A DNA stretch of 60,897 nucleotides from Patescibacteria group bacterium (GTDB taxonomy: Bacteria; Patescibacteriota; Minisyncoccia; UBA6257; 02-FULL-45-10c): the NCBI GenBank assembly GCA_018896875.1, contig JAHILT010000032.1, forward strand, positions 1 through 60,897, in the 5' to 3' direction. The notes below the pieces were generated by a model. The model did no database searches. It was given only the letters and a program-made list of their open reading frames with translations, and had not been told where the DNA came from. Each line of letters begins with the position of its first letter. Position 1 is the stretch's first letter. Made by a program: the position numbers and the translations under genes. Positions 1 through 8,948 of the stretch are shown piece after piece.

Positions 1-2
1 CT

Positions 3-191
3 GGAGACGGTGATTTTTATTGTCTAGCGGATTATTTAGTCAAGAACGACAAACTTGAATGCATTCTGATTCCAAATCAAAATAAATACTCGGCGCTTCT
101 GAAGAAGATAAATAAAAATGACAAAAAGTATTTAAATTTCATAAGCAATCTGCGGTCAAAATTAGAGCTTAAAAAGAAAAAGGCCCCATAA
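3..191 (+). CDS. C-terminal fragment of a NYN/LabA-like (DUF88-type) protein; 5' end lies outside the window
   Basis: Frame 3 is open from the window edge to TAA at 189-191. Translation GDGDFYCLADYLVKNDKLECILIP resembles the (S)GDGDF..L motif near the end of NYN/LabA domains. Absent from the ORF track because it is truncated. Confidence 0.35.
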   Translation, partial: GDGDFYCLADYLVKNDKLECILIPNQNKYSALLKKINKNDKKYLNFISNLRSKLELKKKKAP

Positions 192-216
192 GGACGAAAC
201 CTTAGAGGGGCTTTTT
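183..216 (+). terminator. weak hairpin plus T-run after the truncated ORF
   Basis: GCCCC (183-187) pairs with GGGGC (207-211), followed by TTTTT. The loop is long (19 nt). Confidence 0.3.
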
Positions 217-340
217 CGTGGTGATCTTATTGGAAGATTAACATGATTTATATTTTTTCGTCAAATAAAAAGAGCTGTGGATAAGTTTATTTTTTTATAA
301 ACAACATTGCAGGTAAAAAATTATTATTTGTTGTATAATA

Positions 341-660
341 AAAAGATAGTAATACAATAGCAAAACAATAGTAATTAAAGAGTAACTAAAAAATAGTAAC
401 TCAATAGTAATTCAGTAGAAATTCAAAAGTTAGTAATACAATCGTAATTCGGTAGAAATTCAGTAGAAATTCAATCGTATTACAACAGAATTACAACCAA
501 ATTTCTATAGAATTACATTTTAAAAAATAATTACCATCGAATTTCCATTGAATTACCACAAAATTACGATTATTATCTAATTACTATTGAATTACTTCTC
601 AAAATAATTACTCTTTCCTAATAATTACTCTTTTTAAAATAATTACTATTGAATTACATT
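341..660. repeat. imperfect roughly 320-bp dyad made of short motif arrays (GTAAT/GTAAC on the left, ATTAC on the right)
   Basis: GTAAT/GTAAC at 349, 371, 382, 396, 407, 433, 444. ATTAC at 490, 512, 530, 552, 563, 580, 591, 607, 624, 642, 653. Arm segments are mutually complementary about a centre near 480, e.g. 444-461 with 501-517. Confidence 0.8.
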
Positions 661-664
661 TAGC

Positions 665-3511
665 ATGTACAAACTAAAAACAATACTTTTCAGCACTATC
701 ATTGTCTTAACGCTAATGATAAGTACCACATTCGCCTGGACCAACCCATCCGCCAATCCTCCCGACGGCTCGGGGACTTTGACGGCTTCTACTACGAACA
801 TTGGCATCGGGACGACGAATCCGGGGTATAAATTAGATGTTAATGGAACATTGCGTGTATCAAGTTCGGCAACTTTTAGTGGGGCCTTTTCAGTTGGTGC
901 TGGTCTTTATGTAGGAACTGGCGGAGGGGGAATGTATATAAATACAATAGGTGCAAGAAGTGCTGGGGATGGTTTTACCATTCAAGGTAGAAGAACAGCA
1001 GCGAGTGGATTGCCTAGTGTCCGTATTATATCCGAGACTGGACTTAATAATGATGATATAGCAGTTCAAATTGGTGGTAATGCACCAGTTATGAATATAA
1101 TGCAAGGCGGCAACGTCGGCATCGCTTCCACTACTCCCTGGGGACTTCTATCTGTCAATCCAAACGGGATTACTGGCCCGGCGTTTGTCGTTGGTTCTTC
1201 CACGGTTACCAATTTGATTGTTACTAATGGCGGCAACGTCGGCATCGGGACGACGGCTCCAGCAGAAAAATTAACCTTGCCTTATGGGAATAAAATTGGG
1301 TTCACATTTAGTGATGCTAATTTAAATGTTTATAATAGTATTGGAAAACCAGCTACCGGAAATAGTCCTCTTACTTTTTCTGCTACTTATGCTCCTCCTA
1401 CTGCTGATGATATTTTTGATTTTAGAAATAATCTTGGATCTGTTATGGTAATAGAACAAAGTGGAGAAGTCGGCATCGGGACGACGGATCCAGATGGGAA
1501 ATTAACAGTTAATACCGGCGAAATCAGGATTAAAAATGCTGATACGTATGGATTATCATTTGATTACAGTTCCTGGACGCAGAATGCTCGCATCTGGTTA
1601 TCTGACACATTCCAATTGAATCTCGCTGGGCACACAGGAATTCAGATGTTTAGTAATCATTTAAACGGCGTCTGGACTCCTCGGTTTGCGATTGACATGA
1701 GCGGCAATGTCAGCTTGGGAAACGGCAAACTGTATGTGAAGGAATCTACTGCCAACGTCGGCATCGCTTCCACTACTCCTTGGGGACTTCTATCCGTCAA
1801 TCCAAACGGAATTACCGGCCCGGCGTTTGTCGTTGGTTCTTCCACGGTTACCAATTTGATTGTTACTAATGGCGGAAACGTCGGCATCGGGACGTCGGCT
1901 CCGAATAAATTATTACACTTAAAAACCGCCAGCGGTAACGCGGAATTAGATATTCAAAGTGTTGATAGTCCATATTGGGGTATTTATCAAGATGACACTA
2001 CTGATGATTTGCGTTTTTGGAATGTTGATAACAGAATGACTATCACTGATGCCGGCAATGTTGGGATTGGGACTGTAAGTCCGACCTCTCTCCTTGAGAT
2101 AGTTGGAGATGCATCATTAGATAGTTTTTCAACTAATACTAATGCTTTGCCAGCTATTCGAGATTCACACTCTTCAATCGTTGCTAATGGTTATATTTAT
2201 GTAATTGGAGGATACGATGACAGCAGTGCTGTGTCTACCGTTTACTACGCCGAACTTAACAGCGATGGCTCAACTGGAACTTGGTCTACTAATGCCAATG
2301 CTTTGCCAGTCGCTCTATATGGTCACTCCTCAGTCGTTGCTAATGGTTATGTTTATGTAATTGGAGGAGCTAATGTATCCACTGTCTATTACGCCAAGCT
2401 TAATAGCGATGGCTCAACTGGAACTTGGTCTACTAATACTAATGCTTTGCCTACTACTCGATATGTTCATTCTTCAGTCGTTGCTAATGGTTATGTTTAT
2501 GTAATCGGAGGTTATGATGGTACTAATTATCAATCCACTGTTTATTATGCTGAACTTAACAGCGACGGCTCAACTGGAACTTGGTCTACTAATGCCAATG
2601 CTTTACCAGCTATTGGAGGTAATCGTCCCGCAACAGTTTCTAATGGTTATGTTTATGTAACTGGAGGATGGGACAAAACTAATGTTTTATCCACCGTCTA
2701 TTACGCCAAGCTTAATAGCGATGGCTCAACTGGAACTTGGTCTACTAATGCCAATGCTTTGCCAGCTGCTCGAAGTAATCACTCCTCAGTTGTTGCTAAT
2801 GGTTATGTCTATATAATTGGAGGGGGTGATACTGGCGGTTATAGATCCACTGTTTATTATGCTGAACTTAACAGCGACGGCTCAACTGGAACTTGGTCTA
2901 CTAATGCCAATGCTTTGCCGGGAATTAGAGTTAGACATTCTTCAGTTGTTGCTAATGGTTATGTTTATGTAATTGGAGGAAATGATAGTTTTAATAATCA
3001 ATCAACTGTTTATTATGCTTCCACCGCCCGAATAAAATTCAAGGGAAATCTTGATTTGCTTGGGTTAACATCGTCTTCTCTTACCGATTCTCCAGGTGAC
3101 ACAGGTTCTTCTATTTTCGCTGGAAATATTTTTAGTAATAATACCTTAGAAGTTGGTGGTAATGCTCAATTTTGGAATGGAGTGGGGATTAATGGCAATT
3201 TAACTGTTAATGATGGACTCTCTGTTTCTGGAACCGTAGATATGTTTGGTGCGTGGGAAAGTAAATCAGCTGACACTTCTTATTTAGCAGAGTCTGATGG
3301 ATTTGTAGTTATACACACACTAGATAGTACTTCTAGCATTCTAACTGACAGCGCAAATCCTCCAACTATTGTAAGGGCATGGGTTGCTGGCGTAGTAACA
3401 GGCAATAGACGAGGTTCTGGAACGGTTCCTGTAAGAAAAGGGGATTATTGGAAGGTTGTAACTAATACAGGAACAGCGGCTACGATTTTTTGGATACCGT
3501 TAGGGCAATAA
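665..3511 (+). CDS. large secreted repeat protein: signal peptide, GNVGIGT(T/S)xP tail-fibre-like motifs, six Kelch-type repeats, C-terminal globular domain
   Basis: 948-aa ORF with hydrophobic N-terminus (LTLMISTTFA/WTNP). GNVGIG/GEVGIG motif occurs at least 5 times. Six copies of STVYYA(E/K)LNSDGSTGTWSTNANALP...HSSVVANGYVYVIGG. Confidence 0.88.
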   Translation: MYKLKTILFSTIIVLTLMISTTFAWTNPSANPPDGSGTLTASTTNIGIGTTNPGYKLDVNGTLRVSSSATFSGAFSVGAGLYVGTGGGGMYINTIGARSAGDGFTIQGRRTAASGLPSVRIISETGLNNDDIAVQIGGNAPVMNIMQGGNVGIASTTPWGLLSVNPNGITGPAFVVGSSTVTNLIVTNGGNVGIGTTAPAEKLTLPYGNKIGFTFSDANLNVYNSIGKPATGNSPLTFSATYAPPTADDIFDFRNNLGSVMVIEQSGEVGIGTTDPDGKLTVNTGEIRIKNADTYGLSFDYSSWTQNARIWLSDTFQLNLAGHTGIQMFSNHLNGVWTPRFAIDMSGNVSLGNGKLYVKESTANVGIASTTPWGLLSVNPNGITGPAFVVGSSTVTNLIVTNGGNVGIGTSAPNKLLHLKTASGNAELDIQSVDSPYWGIYQDDTTDDLRFWNVDNRMTITDAGNVGIGTVSPTSLLEIVGDASLDSFSTNTNALPAIRDSHSSIVANGYIYVIGGYDDSSAVSTVYYAELNSDGSTGTWSTNANALPVALYGHSSVVANGYVYVIGGANVSTVYYAKLNSDGSTGTWSTNTNALPTTRYVHSSVVANGYVYVIGGYDGTNYQSTVYYAELNSDGSTGTWSTNANALPAIGGNRPATVSNGYVYVTGGWDKTNVLSTVYYAKLNSDGSTGTWSTNANALPAARSNHSSVVANGYVYIIGGGDTGGYRSTVYYAELNSDGSTGTWSTNANALPGIRVRHSSVVANGYVYVIGGNDSFNNQSTVYYASTARIKFKGNLDLLGLTSSSLTDSPGDTGSSIFAGNIFSNNTLEVGGNAQFWNGVGINGNLTVNDGLSVSGTVDMFGAWESKSADTSYLAESDGFVVIHTLDSTSSILTDSANPPTIVRAWVAGVVTGNRRGSGTVPVRKGDYWKVVTNTGTAATIFWIPLGQ
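1109..1260 (+). repeat. intragenic duplication, copy 1 (about 150 bp)
   Basis: Near-identical to 1751-1902 (7 substitutions counted by eye). Encodes GNVGIASTTPWGLLSVNPNGITGPAFVVGSSTVTNLIVTNGGNVGIGT. Confidence 0.9.
1751..1902 (+). repeat. intragenic duplication, copy 2
   Basis: Offset of 642 bp (214 codons, in frame) from copy 1. Confidence 0.9.
2123..3020 (+). repeat. six tandem Kelch-type repeats of about 50 aa (predicted six-bladed beta-propeller)
   Basis: ANGY(V/I)Y(V/I)(I/T)GG occurs 6 times with conserved STVYYA.LNSDGSTGTWS linkers. Units are highly similar at the DNA level. Confidence 0.8.
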
Positions 3512-3538
3512 TATTTGGAAGTCCGACTTCCAAATATT
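3510..3538. repeat. perfect palindrome AATATTTGGAAGTC-C-GACTTCCAAATATT at the gene end
   Basis: 13-bp arms overlapping the TAA stop. Shares the core GGAAGTC(C/G)GACTTCC with 3925-3945. No U-tract follows. Confidence 0.8.
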
Positions 3539-3620
3539 AAAAATCAATTGATTTTGATTTTCATTTTTGAGTGTGGTATATTTAACAAAGTAAATAATAA
3601 TTAATTTTTTATTACTTGGT

Positions 3621-3917
3621 ATGAAAAAGAAAATAAATAAAAAACAATCATCAATTCCTGAACGGCAGTTTGGAGTTATTTTAGAAAGTATGGATTCTAA
3701 ACTTAGTTCAGTTTTGGAAAGTCATCAAGCATTGGATGTTAAGATTGATAAAAACCATGAAGAATTTAGAGAATTTAGAAGTGAAGTTAATTATAAATTT
3801 GATGCGGTTTTTGATGAATTACATATCATTCGCAATGAGCTCAAAGAAAAAGTTGGACGGGATGAATTTATTCTTTTAGAAAAAAGAGTAATGGCTTTAG
3901 AAAAATCAAGAAAATAA
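3621..3917 (+). CDS. hypothetical small charged, coiled-coil-like protein
   Basis: 98-aa ORF rich in heptad-like K/E/L segments. No recognisable family. Bracketed by the two GGAAGTCSGACTTCC palindromes. Confidence 0.5.
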   Translation: MKKKINKKQSSIPERQFGVILESMDSKLSSVLESHQALDVKIDKNHEEFREFRSEVNYKFDAVFDELHIIRNELKEKVGRDEFILLEKRVMALEKSRK

Positions 3918-3924
3918 AATTATC

Positions 3925-3945
3925 TAAGGAAGTCGGACTTCCTTA
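3925..3945. repeat. palindrome TAAGGAAGTC-G-GACTTCCTTA between convergent genes
   Basis: Same core as 3510-3538 but in the complementary orientation (central G instead of C). Confidence 0.8.
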
Positions 3946-3947
3946 TA

Positions 3948-5384
3948 TTAAAATTTAAGTAATTTCTCTTTTTGGATTTTTAGCACGAGGAAGTAGATAG
4001 GGGCGGAAATAATTATGTTTAATATCAGCGGACAGCTGATATTTTTTAATAAATAAGTTGTGATAGCCATTACAATTCCAGCTAAAATCATTTTTTTGAT
4101 ATTAGGCAAAACAACAAAAGGATTTATTGTTTGCATTTTTGTCCAAATAAAACAATTGGAAGCAATTTGAGTAAAAATTGTAGAAATAGCTGCCCCAGTT
4201 ATTCCAAATTTAGGAATTAAAAGAATATTAAAAACGATATTGCCGATAGCTCCTATCATAGAAAAAGTGATAAAGTTTTTTTGTTGTTCATGAGCTAAAA
4301 TAGAATTACTTATTATTACTGATGGATAAATTATTAAAGTTGTAAACATTAAAATTTGGAAAGCGACAGCGCTAGATTGATATTGAGCTCCAAAAAGAAG
4401 GTTAATAATTTGATCTCCTAAAATTATTCCTCCTAATGCCATAGGAATAGCCACTAGAAATGAAACAGATACAGTTCTTTCTAAAAGTTTTTTAGCATTT
4501 ATTAAATTTTCTTTTATAGCTTTAGTAAGTGCGGGGAAAATGCTAATAGCGAACAGAGAGGCAAGAGTATAAAAAGCTTGTACTGGTTTTTGTGCAGCTG
4601 AATAAAAACCAACCTCTTCTGATGAACGCATCCAGCCAAGCATAATCAAATCCGTATTAAGCATTATTGCTCCTAAAAAACTTGCCAACGCAAAAGGTAA
4701 AGAAGATTTTAATATTGGTTTAATTAAAGAAAAATCAAATTCGCTGATAGATATTTTAAATCGGTTTTTAAGAGCAATAGCAATTGCGAGAAAACCAATA
4801 ACTATTCCTAATAAATATCCTAAAGCAAGGCTTTGGCTAGTTGGCGCTAATATTAAAAAGTAAATTCCGAAACCAGTAATACAAAGATTAGTAAGTATTT
4901 CATCAATTCCTTCATATTGCATTTTTTCTTTGGCTCGGCTTATGGTAAATCCAAAATTTCTAAGACTGTCGAAAAGAAGTATTAAGGCGATTAGCGGAAT
5001 AAGTGTTTTTGCTTCTGGGATATTAGAAAGATATGGAGCTCCAAAAACCAAAAACGACATTCCTATAGCTAATAGAATAAGTTTTATATAAAAAACAGTA
5101 GAAAAATATTTTTTAGAAGTTTCTGGGTTTTTGACTGATTCTCTAATAACGATAGCACTCATACCCATATCAGAGAGAATAATCATAAAGGCTACTATTC
5201 CCATTACATAAGAAAAAGCACCCCAACTGGATGGACCTAATATTCTAGCGGCGAAAACTATAAGCGCCATTCGTAAAAGTCGTCCAGAAATTTGTCCAAA
5301 AAATAACCAAAAAGTATTTTTGGCAATTGTTTGTTTTAGTCCTTCGTTTTTAAACAGAAGATTTTTAATTTTATTAATAGACAT
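3948..5384 (-). CDS. polysaccharide/oligosaccharide flippase (Wzx-like, MOP superfamily)
   Basis: 478 aa with many predicted TM segments; N-terminal KNTFWLFFGQISGRLLR-type motif typical of polysaccharide biosynthesis (PST) exporters. Clustered with an epimerase and a priming transferase. Confidence 0.8.
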   Translation of the reverse strand: MSINKIKNLLFKNEGLKQTIAKNTFWLFFGQISGRLLRMALIVFAARILGPSSWGAFSYVMGIVAFMIILSDMGMSAIVIRESVKNPETSKKYFSTVFYIKLILLAIGMSFLVFGAPYLSNIPEAKTLIPLIALILLFDSLRNFGFTISRAKEKMQYEGIDEILTNLCITGFGIYFLILAPTSQSLALGYLLGIVIGFLAIAIALKNRFKISISEFDFSLIKPILKSSLPFALASFLGAIMLNTDLIMLGWMRSSEEVGFYSAAQKPVQAFYTLASLFAISIFPALTKAIKENLINAKKLLERTVSVSFLVAIPMALGGIILGDQIINLLFGAQYQSSAVAFQILMFTTLIIYPSVIISNSILAHEQQKNFITFSMIGAIGNIVFNILLIPKFGITGAAISTIFTQIASNCFIWTKMQTINPFVVLPNIKKMILAGIVMAITTYLLKNISCPLILNIIISAPIYFLVLKIQKEKLLKF

Positions 5385-5428
5385 AATATAAATATAACAT
5401 TTTGTAAATGTATATTGTTATATAATTT

Positions 5429-6376
5429 ATGAAATATATTGTTACTGGTGGGGCGGGATTTATTGGTTCTCATATAGTTGATGCGTTAATCAAGAAGGGA
5501 TATAAGGTTTTAATAATTGATAATATGGTGACAGGGAAAAAAGAGAACATCAATCCTAAGGCTGAATTTTACAAATTAGACATTTTTAATGAAAATGATA
5601 TTGAATATTTATTCAAAGGTGTTGACGGAATTTTTCATACTGCGGCCTTGGCTAGGATTCAACCTTCATTTGAAGATCCAGATTTGTATTTTAAAGCTAA
5701 TACTGTTGGCACAAGAAATGTGTTAGTGTGTGCTAAAAAATATGGTGTTAAAAGAGTGGTTTATTCAGCCTCGTCCTCCGCTTATGGCGATACTGTGATT
5801 CCTACACTAGAAGACGAGAAGATAGTTTCGCAATCCTTACATCCTTATGGCTCTACAAAGAGAATGGGCGAAATGCTAATGTCTGATTTGGGAATTATGA
5901 CTGGTGGACCCGAGACAGTTTGCCTTAGGTATTTTAATGTTTATGGACCTAGACAAACTACCGAAACAGATGGCGCTTACCCAACTGTTATTGGGTTATT
6001 TTTAGGATTATTAAAAAAGAAAAAATCATTGACAATTGTACCAGACGGGCATCAACGTCGTGATTTTACTTGGGTTGGAGACGTGGTTAATGCTAATATT
6101 TTAGCGATGGAATCGAAAAAAGTTGGCAAGGCAGAAATTATAAATATTGGATCTGGAGAAAATTATTCTATTTGGAATATTGCTAGGTTGGTTTTGGAAT
6201 TGCCAGAAAAAACTTCAGAAAAAGAGTTACTTGAAAGTGGTAAGTGCGTATTTGCTCCGCAACGAAGAGGTGAGGTGCGTGAGACTTTAGCGAATATTTT
6301 CAAGGCTAAAAAATTTTTAGGATGGCAACCAAAAATGAAGTTTAAAAACGGTATTAAAGAGTTGTTGAAAAAGTAA
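5429..6376 (+). CDS. NAD-dependent epimerase/dehydratase (extended SDR, UDP-sugar 4-epimerase/decarboxylase-like)
   Basis: Rossmann motif TGGAGFIGSH at the N-terminus and catalytic YGSTK (YxxxK). Confidence 0.9.
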   Translation: MKYIVTGGAGFIGSHIVDALIKKGYKVLIIDNMVTGKKENINPKAEFYKLDIFNENDIEYLFKGVDGIFHTAALARIQPSFEDPDLYFKANTVGTRNVLVCAKKYGVKRVVYSASSSAYGDTVIPTLEDEKIVSQSLHPYGSTKRMGEMLMSDLGIMTGGPETVCLRYFNVYGPRQTTETDGAYPTVIGLFLGLLKKKKSLTIVPDGHQRRDFTWVGDVVNANILAMESKKVGKAEIINIGSGENYSIWNIARLVLELPEKTSEKELLESGKCVFAPQRRGEVRETLANIFKAKKFLGWQPKMKFKNGIKELLKK

Positions 6377-6409
6377 TATATAAATATTTTTTGTTTTACT
6401 TTTTTTTAT

Positions 6410-7747
6410 TTAGTTGTTAGTAAACAAAAACTTAATAGTTTTAAGCAAGATGCTTAAATCCAAAAAAGGAGAATTATTTTTAATGTAATAAATATCAAAT
6501 TGGGTTTTTTCGTATGCCTCTTCTACTGTGGCTCCGTAGCGAAAATTTATTTGCGCCCATCCAGTTATTCCAGGCTTAGTTAAATGACGCAATTCATAAT
6601 AAGGAATTTCTTTTTTTAATTCAGCTACAAACTCAGGCCTTTCTGGTCTTGGTCCTATAAAAGAAAGTTCACCTTTTAAAATATTGATTAGTTGTGGCAA
6701 TTCGTCTATATGAGATGTTCTTAAAAACTTTCCTATTTTAGTAGCGCGATTATCATTAAAATAATTTGCCCATTGTGGGCCGTTTTTTTCAGCGTCTATT
6801 TTCATAGTTCGGAATTTATATATAGTAAATTCTTTGCCGTTTTTACCAACTCTTTTTTGTTTGAATATAGCTGACCCTTTTGAAGATAATCTCACGACCA
6901 GAGTAATCAATAAGAGAAAAGGAGAAAGCGTAATTAACATTAATAGCGCTAAAATATATTCTAGTGGCGTAATTAAAATTTCATAAATTTTATGTTTTTT
7001 TGTGATGTTTTCTAAAAACCACACTTCTTCTAATTCGGTTAAAGGAACTTTTTTAAAAACTAATTCATAGAAATTAGCTAAGTCTATAACACCTATTCCT
7101 TCTAAAAGCATTTTATATATAAGACTAGAAGATTTGACGTCTTTCTTGATATACGAGGGAATAACTATAGTATTTATTTTATTTTCAGAAATTATTTGAT
7201 ATAAATCTTCAAGCTCTTTATCTTTTAGTCCATCTTTTATCCATGATTTTATTTCGTAACCTAACTGGTTATTGTTTTTTAGATAAGAAGTTATTTTTTG
7301 TATGATTTTGTTGTCTCCTATTAAAAGTATTTTATTTGCTGGATTACTTTTGCCAAGAATGATATTTACTGCTTGTCTATAAAAATATCCTATTCCGCTA
7401 AATATTATAAGGAAAATAAAAAGATTGGTTTTTGGAGCTACGTTAATATTAAGACTTAGGTAAAAGAAAATTGTTGCGGAGGTAGCGTTAAAAAGCATGG
7501 AATACCAGAATTTTTTATCAAAATCCAAATCGCTTTTGAGTGATTTAAAATCGTAAAGTCCAGCGATATAGAAAATTAAAATCCAAACAGCCAAAACTAT
7601 AGTAAAAGGTCCTACATGTGAATCAGTGAATTGTCCGTAAAATTCAGAACCATATCTTAGCCAAAGCGTTAGAAGTAGAGAAAGATAAAATATAGCGGTA
7701 TCGCCTAAGAAAATATTTATTTGTTTTATTTTTGAAAATGATTCCAT
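6410..7747 (-). CDS. polyprenyl-phosphate glycosyl-1-phosphate transferase (bacterial sugar transferase, WbaP/PglC-like)
   Basis: C-terminal domain with DELPQLINILKGELSFIGPRPERP. N-terminal TM segments and a central linker as in WbaP-type enzymes. Confidence 0.85.
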   Translation of the reverse strand: MESFSKIKQINIFLGDTAIFYLSLLLTLWLRYGSEFYGQFTDSHVGPFTIVLAVWILIFYIAGLYDFKSLKSDLDFDKKFWYSMLFNATSATIFFYLSLNINVAPKTNLFIFLIIFSGIGYFYRQAVNIILGKSNPANKILLIGDNKIIQKITSYLKNNNQLGYEIKSWIKDGLKDKELEDLYQIISENKINTIVIPSYIKKDVKSSSLIYKMLLEGIGVIDLANFYELVFKKVPLTELEEVWFLENITKKHKIYEILITPLEYILALLMLITLSPFLLLITLVVRLSSKGSAIFKQKRVGKNGKEFTIYKFRTMKIDAEKNGPQWANYFNDNRATKIGKFLRTSHIDELPQLINILKGELSFIGPRPERPEFVAELKKEIPYYELRHLTKPGITGWAQINFRYGATVEEAYEKTQFDIYYIKNNSPFLDLSILLKTIKFLFTNN

Positions 7748-7801
7748 GATAGTAAATGTAAAATGTTGGCAACTTCTAAATAAATATTTTTACAGAATTA
7801 A

Positions 7802-7985
7802 AACCTTGATTTTGACTAAGACCAAGGCTTGTTAACGAAAATGTATGAATATACTTTGAGGAAACATAACGAAGGGATTGGACAAAATCAAGGTTCTCTT
7901 TGAGTAAGAAAATTTTATTTAAGTTCTTCGTTGCTCCGCCTCGGCGTGGTAAAACCACGGCCTCGTTGTCGTGCCTAGAACTTAA
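7802..7985 (+). repeat. structured palindromic module, intergenic copy I (two inverted half-modules)
   Basis: Hairpin closed by AACCTTGATTTTG (7802-7814) / CAAAATCAAGGTT (7883-7895), containing a degenerate antisense core (7823-7876). Sense core 7919-7985 is homologous to 25325-25388 in the 23S. Confidence 0.7.
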
Positions 7986-8217
7986 TATAAAATTTTTCTT
8001 ATTAATTCGTGAAAACATTTGTTTAGAGGTTGCTTAATCAAATATCAAAATGACAATTCAAAATCCAAAATTGGATAATTTTAAAATTGATTTTGATTTG
8101 TATTCTATAGTATAGTATTATTATATAATTAAATTAAAATAAAGTCGTGGCAACAATAATTCAAAGTGTAAGTGTCTAAAATTTTACATTTTGATATTTA
8201 AATTTTAAATTTGAAAC

Positions 8218-8940
8218 ATGGATACCAATAATAACAATAATAAGAGCAATTATGTTTTATCGGCTAGTATTTTAATAGCGGCGGTTTTAATAGGCGGTTC
8301 GGTTATATATAGCAAGGGACTAGGTGTTTCTGGACAAGGCGAGGCGAACATAGGTTCAGTAATAGCTGGAAATCCTTTTGAGATACAAGAAAATGATATT
8401 GTTTTAGGAGAAGAGAATGCTCCGGTAACAGTTTTTATTTATTCTGATCCTTCTTGTCCATTTTGCGCTGCCGCAGCTGGAGGGAACGAAGAAGTTATGG
8501 ATTATCTTAAACAAGGAATGCCAGATTGGACACCTCCTATTCCAAATATAATTGATAATTATGTTGGCTCTGGTGATGTTAAATTAATTTATAGATATTT
8601 TCCAGGACATGGCAGTGGCAATGAAGCAATGGAAGTTTTGTATTGCTCTAATGAACAAGGCAAATTTTGGGAGCTTGATAAAATTTTAGCTAATAATCAA
8701 GAATCTTTGACAGATATTAATAAAATTAAAGAACTAGCTGTAAATATGGGAATTGATATTGATAAGATAGATAACTGTTTAGAGTTTGGAGAATATGATT
8801 CTAAAATGATTTATGATGCTGAAATGGGTAAAAAAGCAGGAGTTAATGGTACGCCAGCTTTCTTTGTTAATGAGACTCTTATAGAAGGAGCATATCCTTT
8901 TAGTGAATTTAAAACACTCATTGATTCAATGTTAAAATAA
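8218..8940 (+). CDS. membrane-anchored DsbA-family thiol:disulfide oxidoreductase
   Basis: N-terminal TM helix, thioredoxin-fold motif SCPFC, and C-terminal GVNGTPAFFVN typical of DsbA/thioredoxin_4 proteins. Confidence 0.8.
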   Translation: MDTNNNNNKSNYVLSASILIAAVLIGGSVIYSKGLGVSGQGEANIGSVIAGNPFEIQENDIVLGEENAPVTVFIYSDPSCPFCAAAAGGNEEVMDYLKQGMPDWTPPIPNIIDNYVGSGDVKLIYRYFPGHGSGNEAMEVLYCSNEQGKFWELDKILANNQESLTDINKIKELAVNMGIDIDKIDNCLEFGEYDSKMIYDAEMGKKAGVNGTPAFFVNETLIEGAYPFSEFKTLIDSMLK

Positions 8941-8948
8941 TTAATAAA

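Noticed and set aside
266-274. Perfect DnaA box (TGTGGATAA, complement of TTATCCACA) next to the AT-rich motif array, as a possible replication origin
   Set aside because: It is a single box, which is about what chance would give in 61 kb on two strands. No clustered boxes are present and no dnaA/dnaN is nearby.
1109-1902. Diversity-generating retroelement (template/variable repeat) explanation for the 150-bp duplication in the surface protein gene
   Set aside because: The seven differences between the copies are not adenine-specific (g/c, c/t, t/c, g/a, t/c, c/a, a/t). Both copies are in frame inside the same CDS, and no reverse transcriptase is present in the window.
7776-8018. 80-aa ORF on the minus strand in the long intergenic region
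   Set aside because: It is encoded across structured repeat copy I. The homologous stretch in the 23S copy has an in-frame stop, so the conservation is at the nucleotide/structure level, not the protein level.
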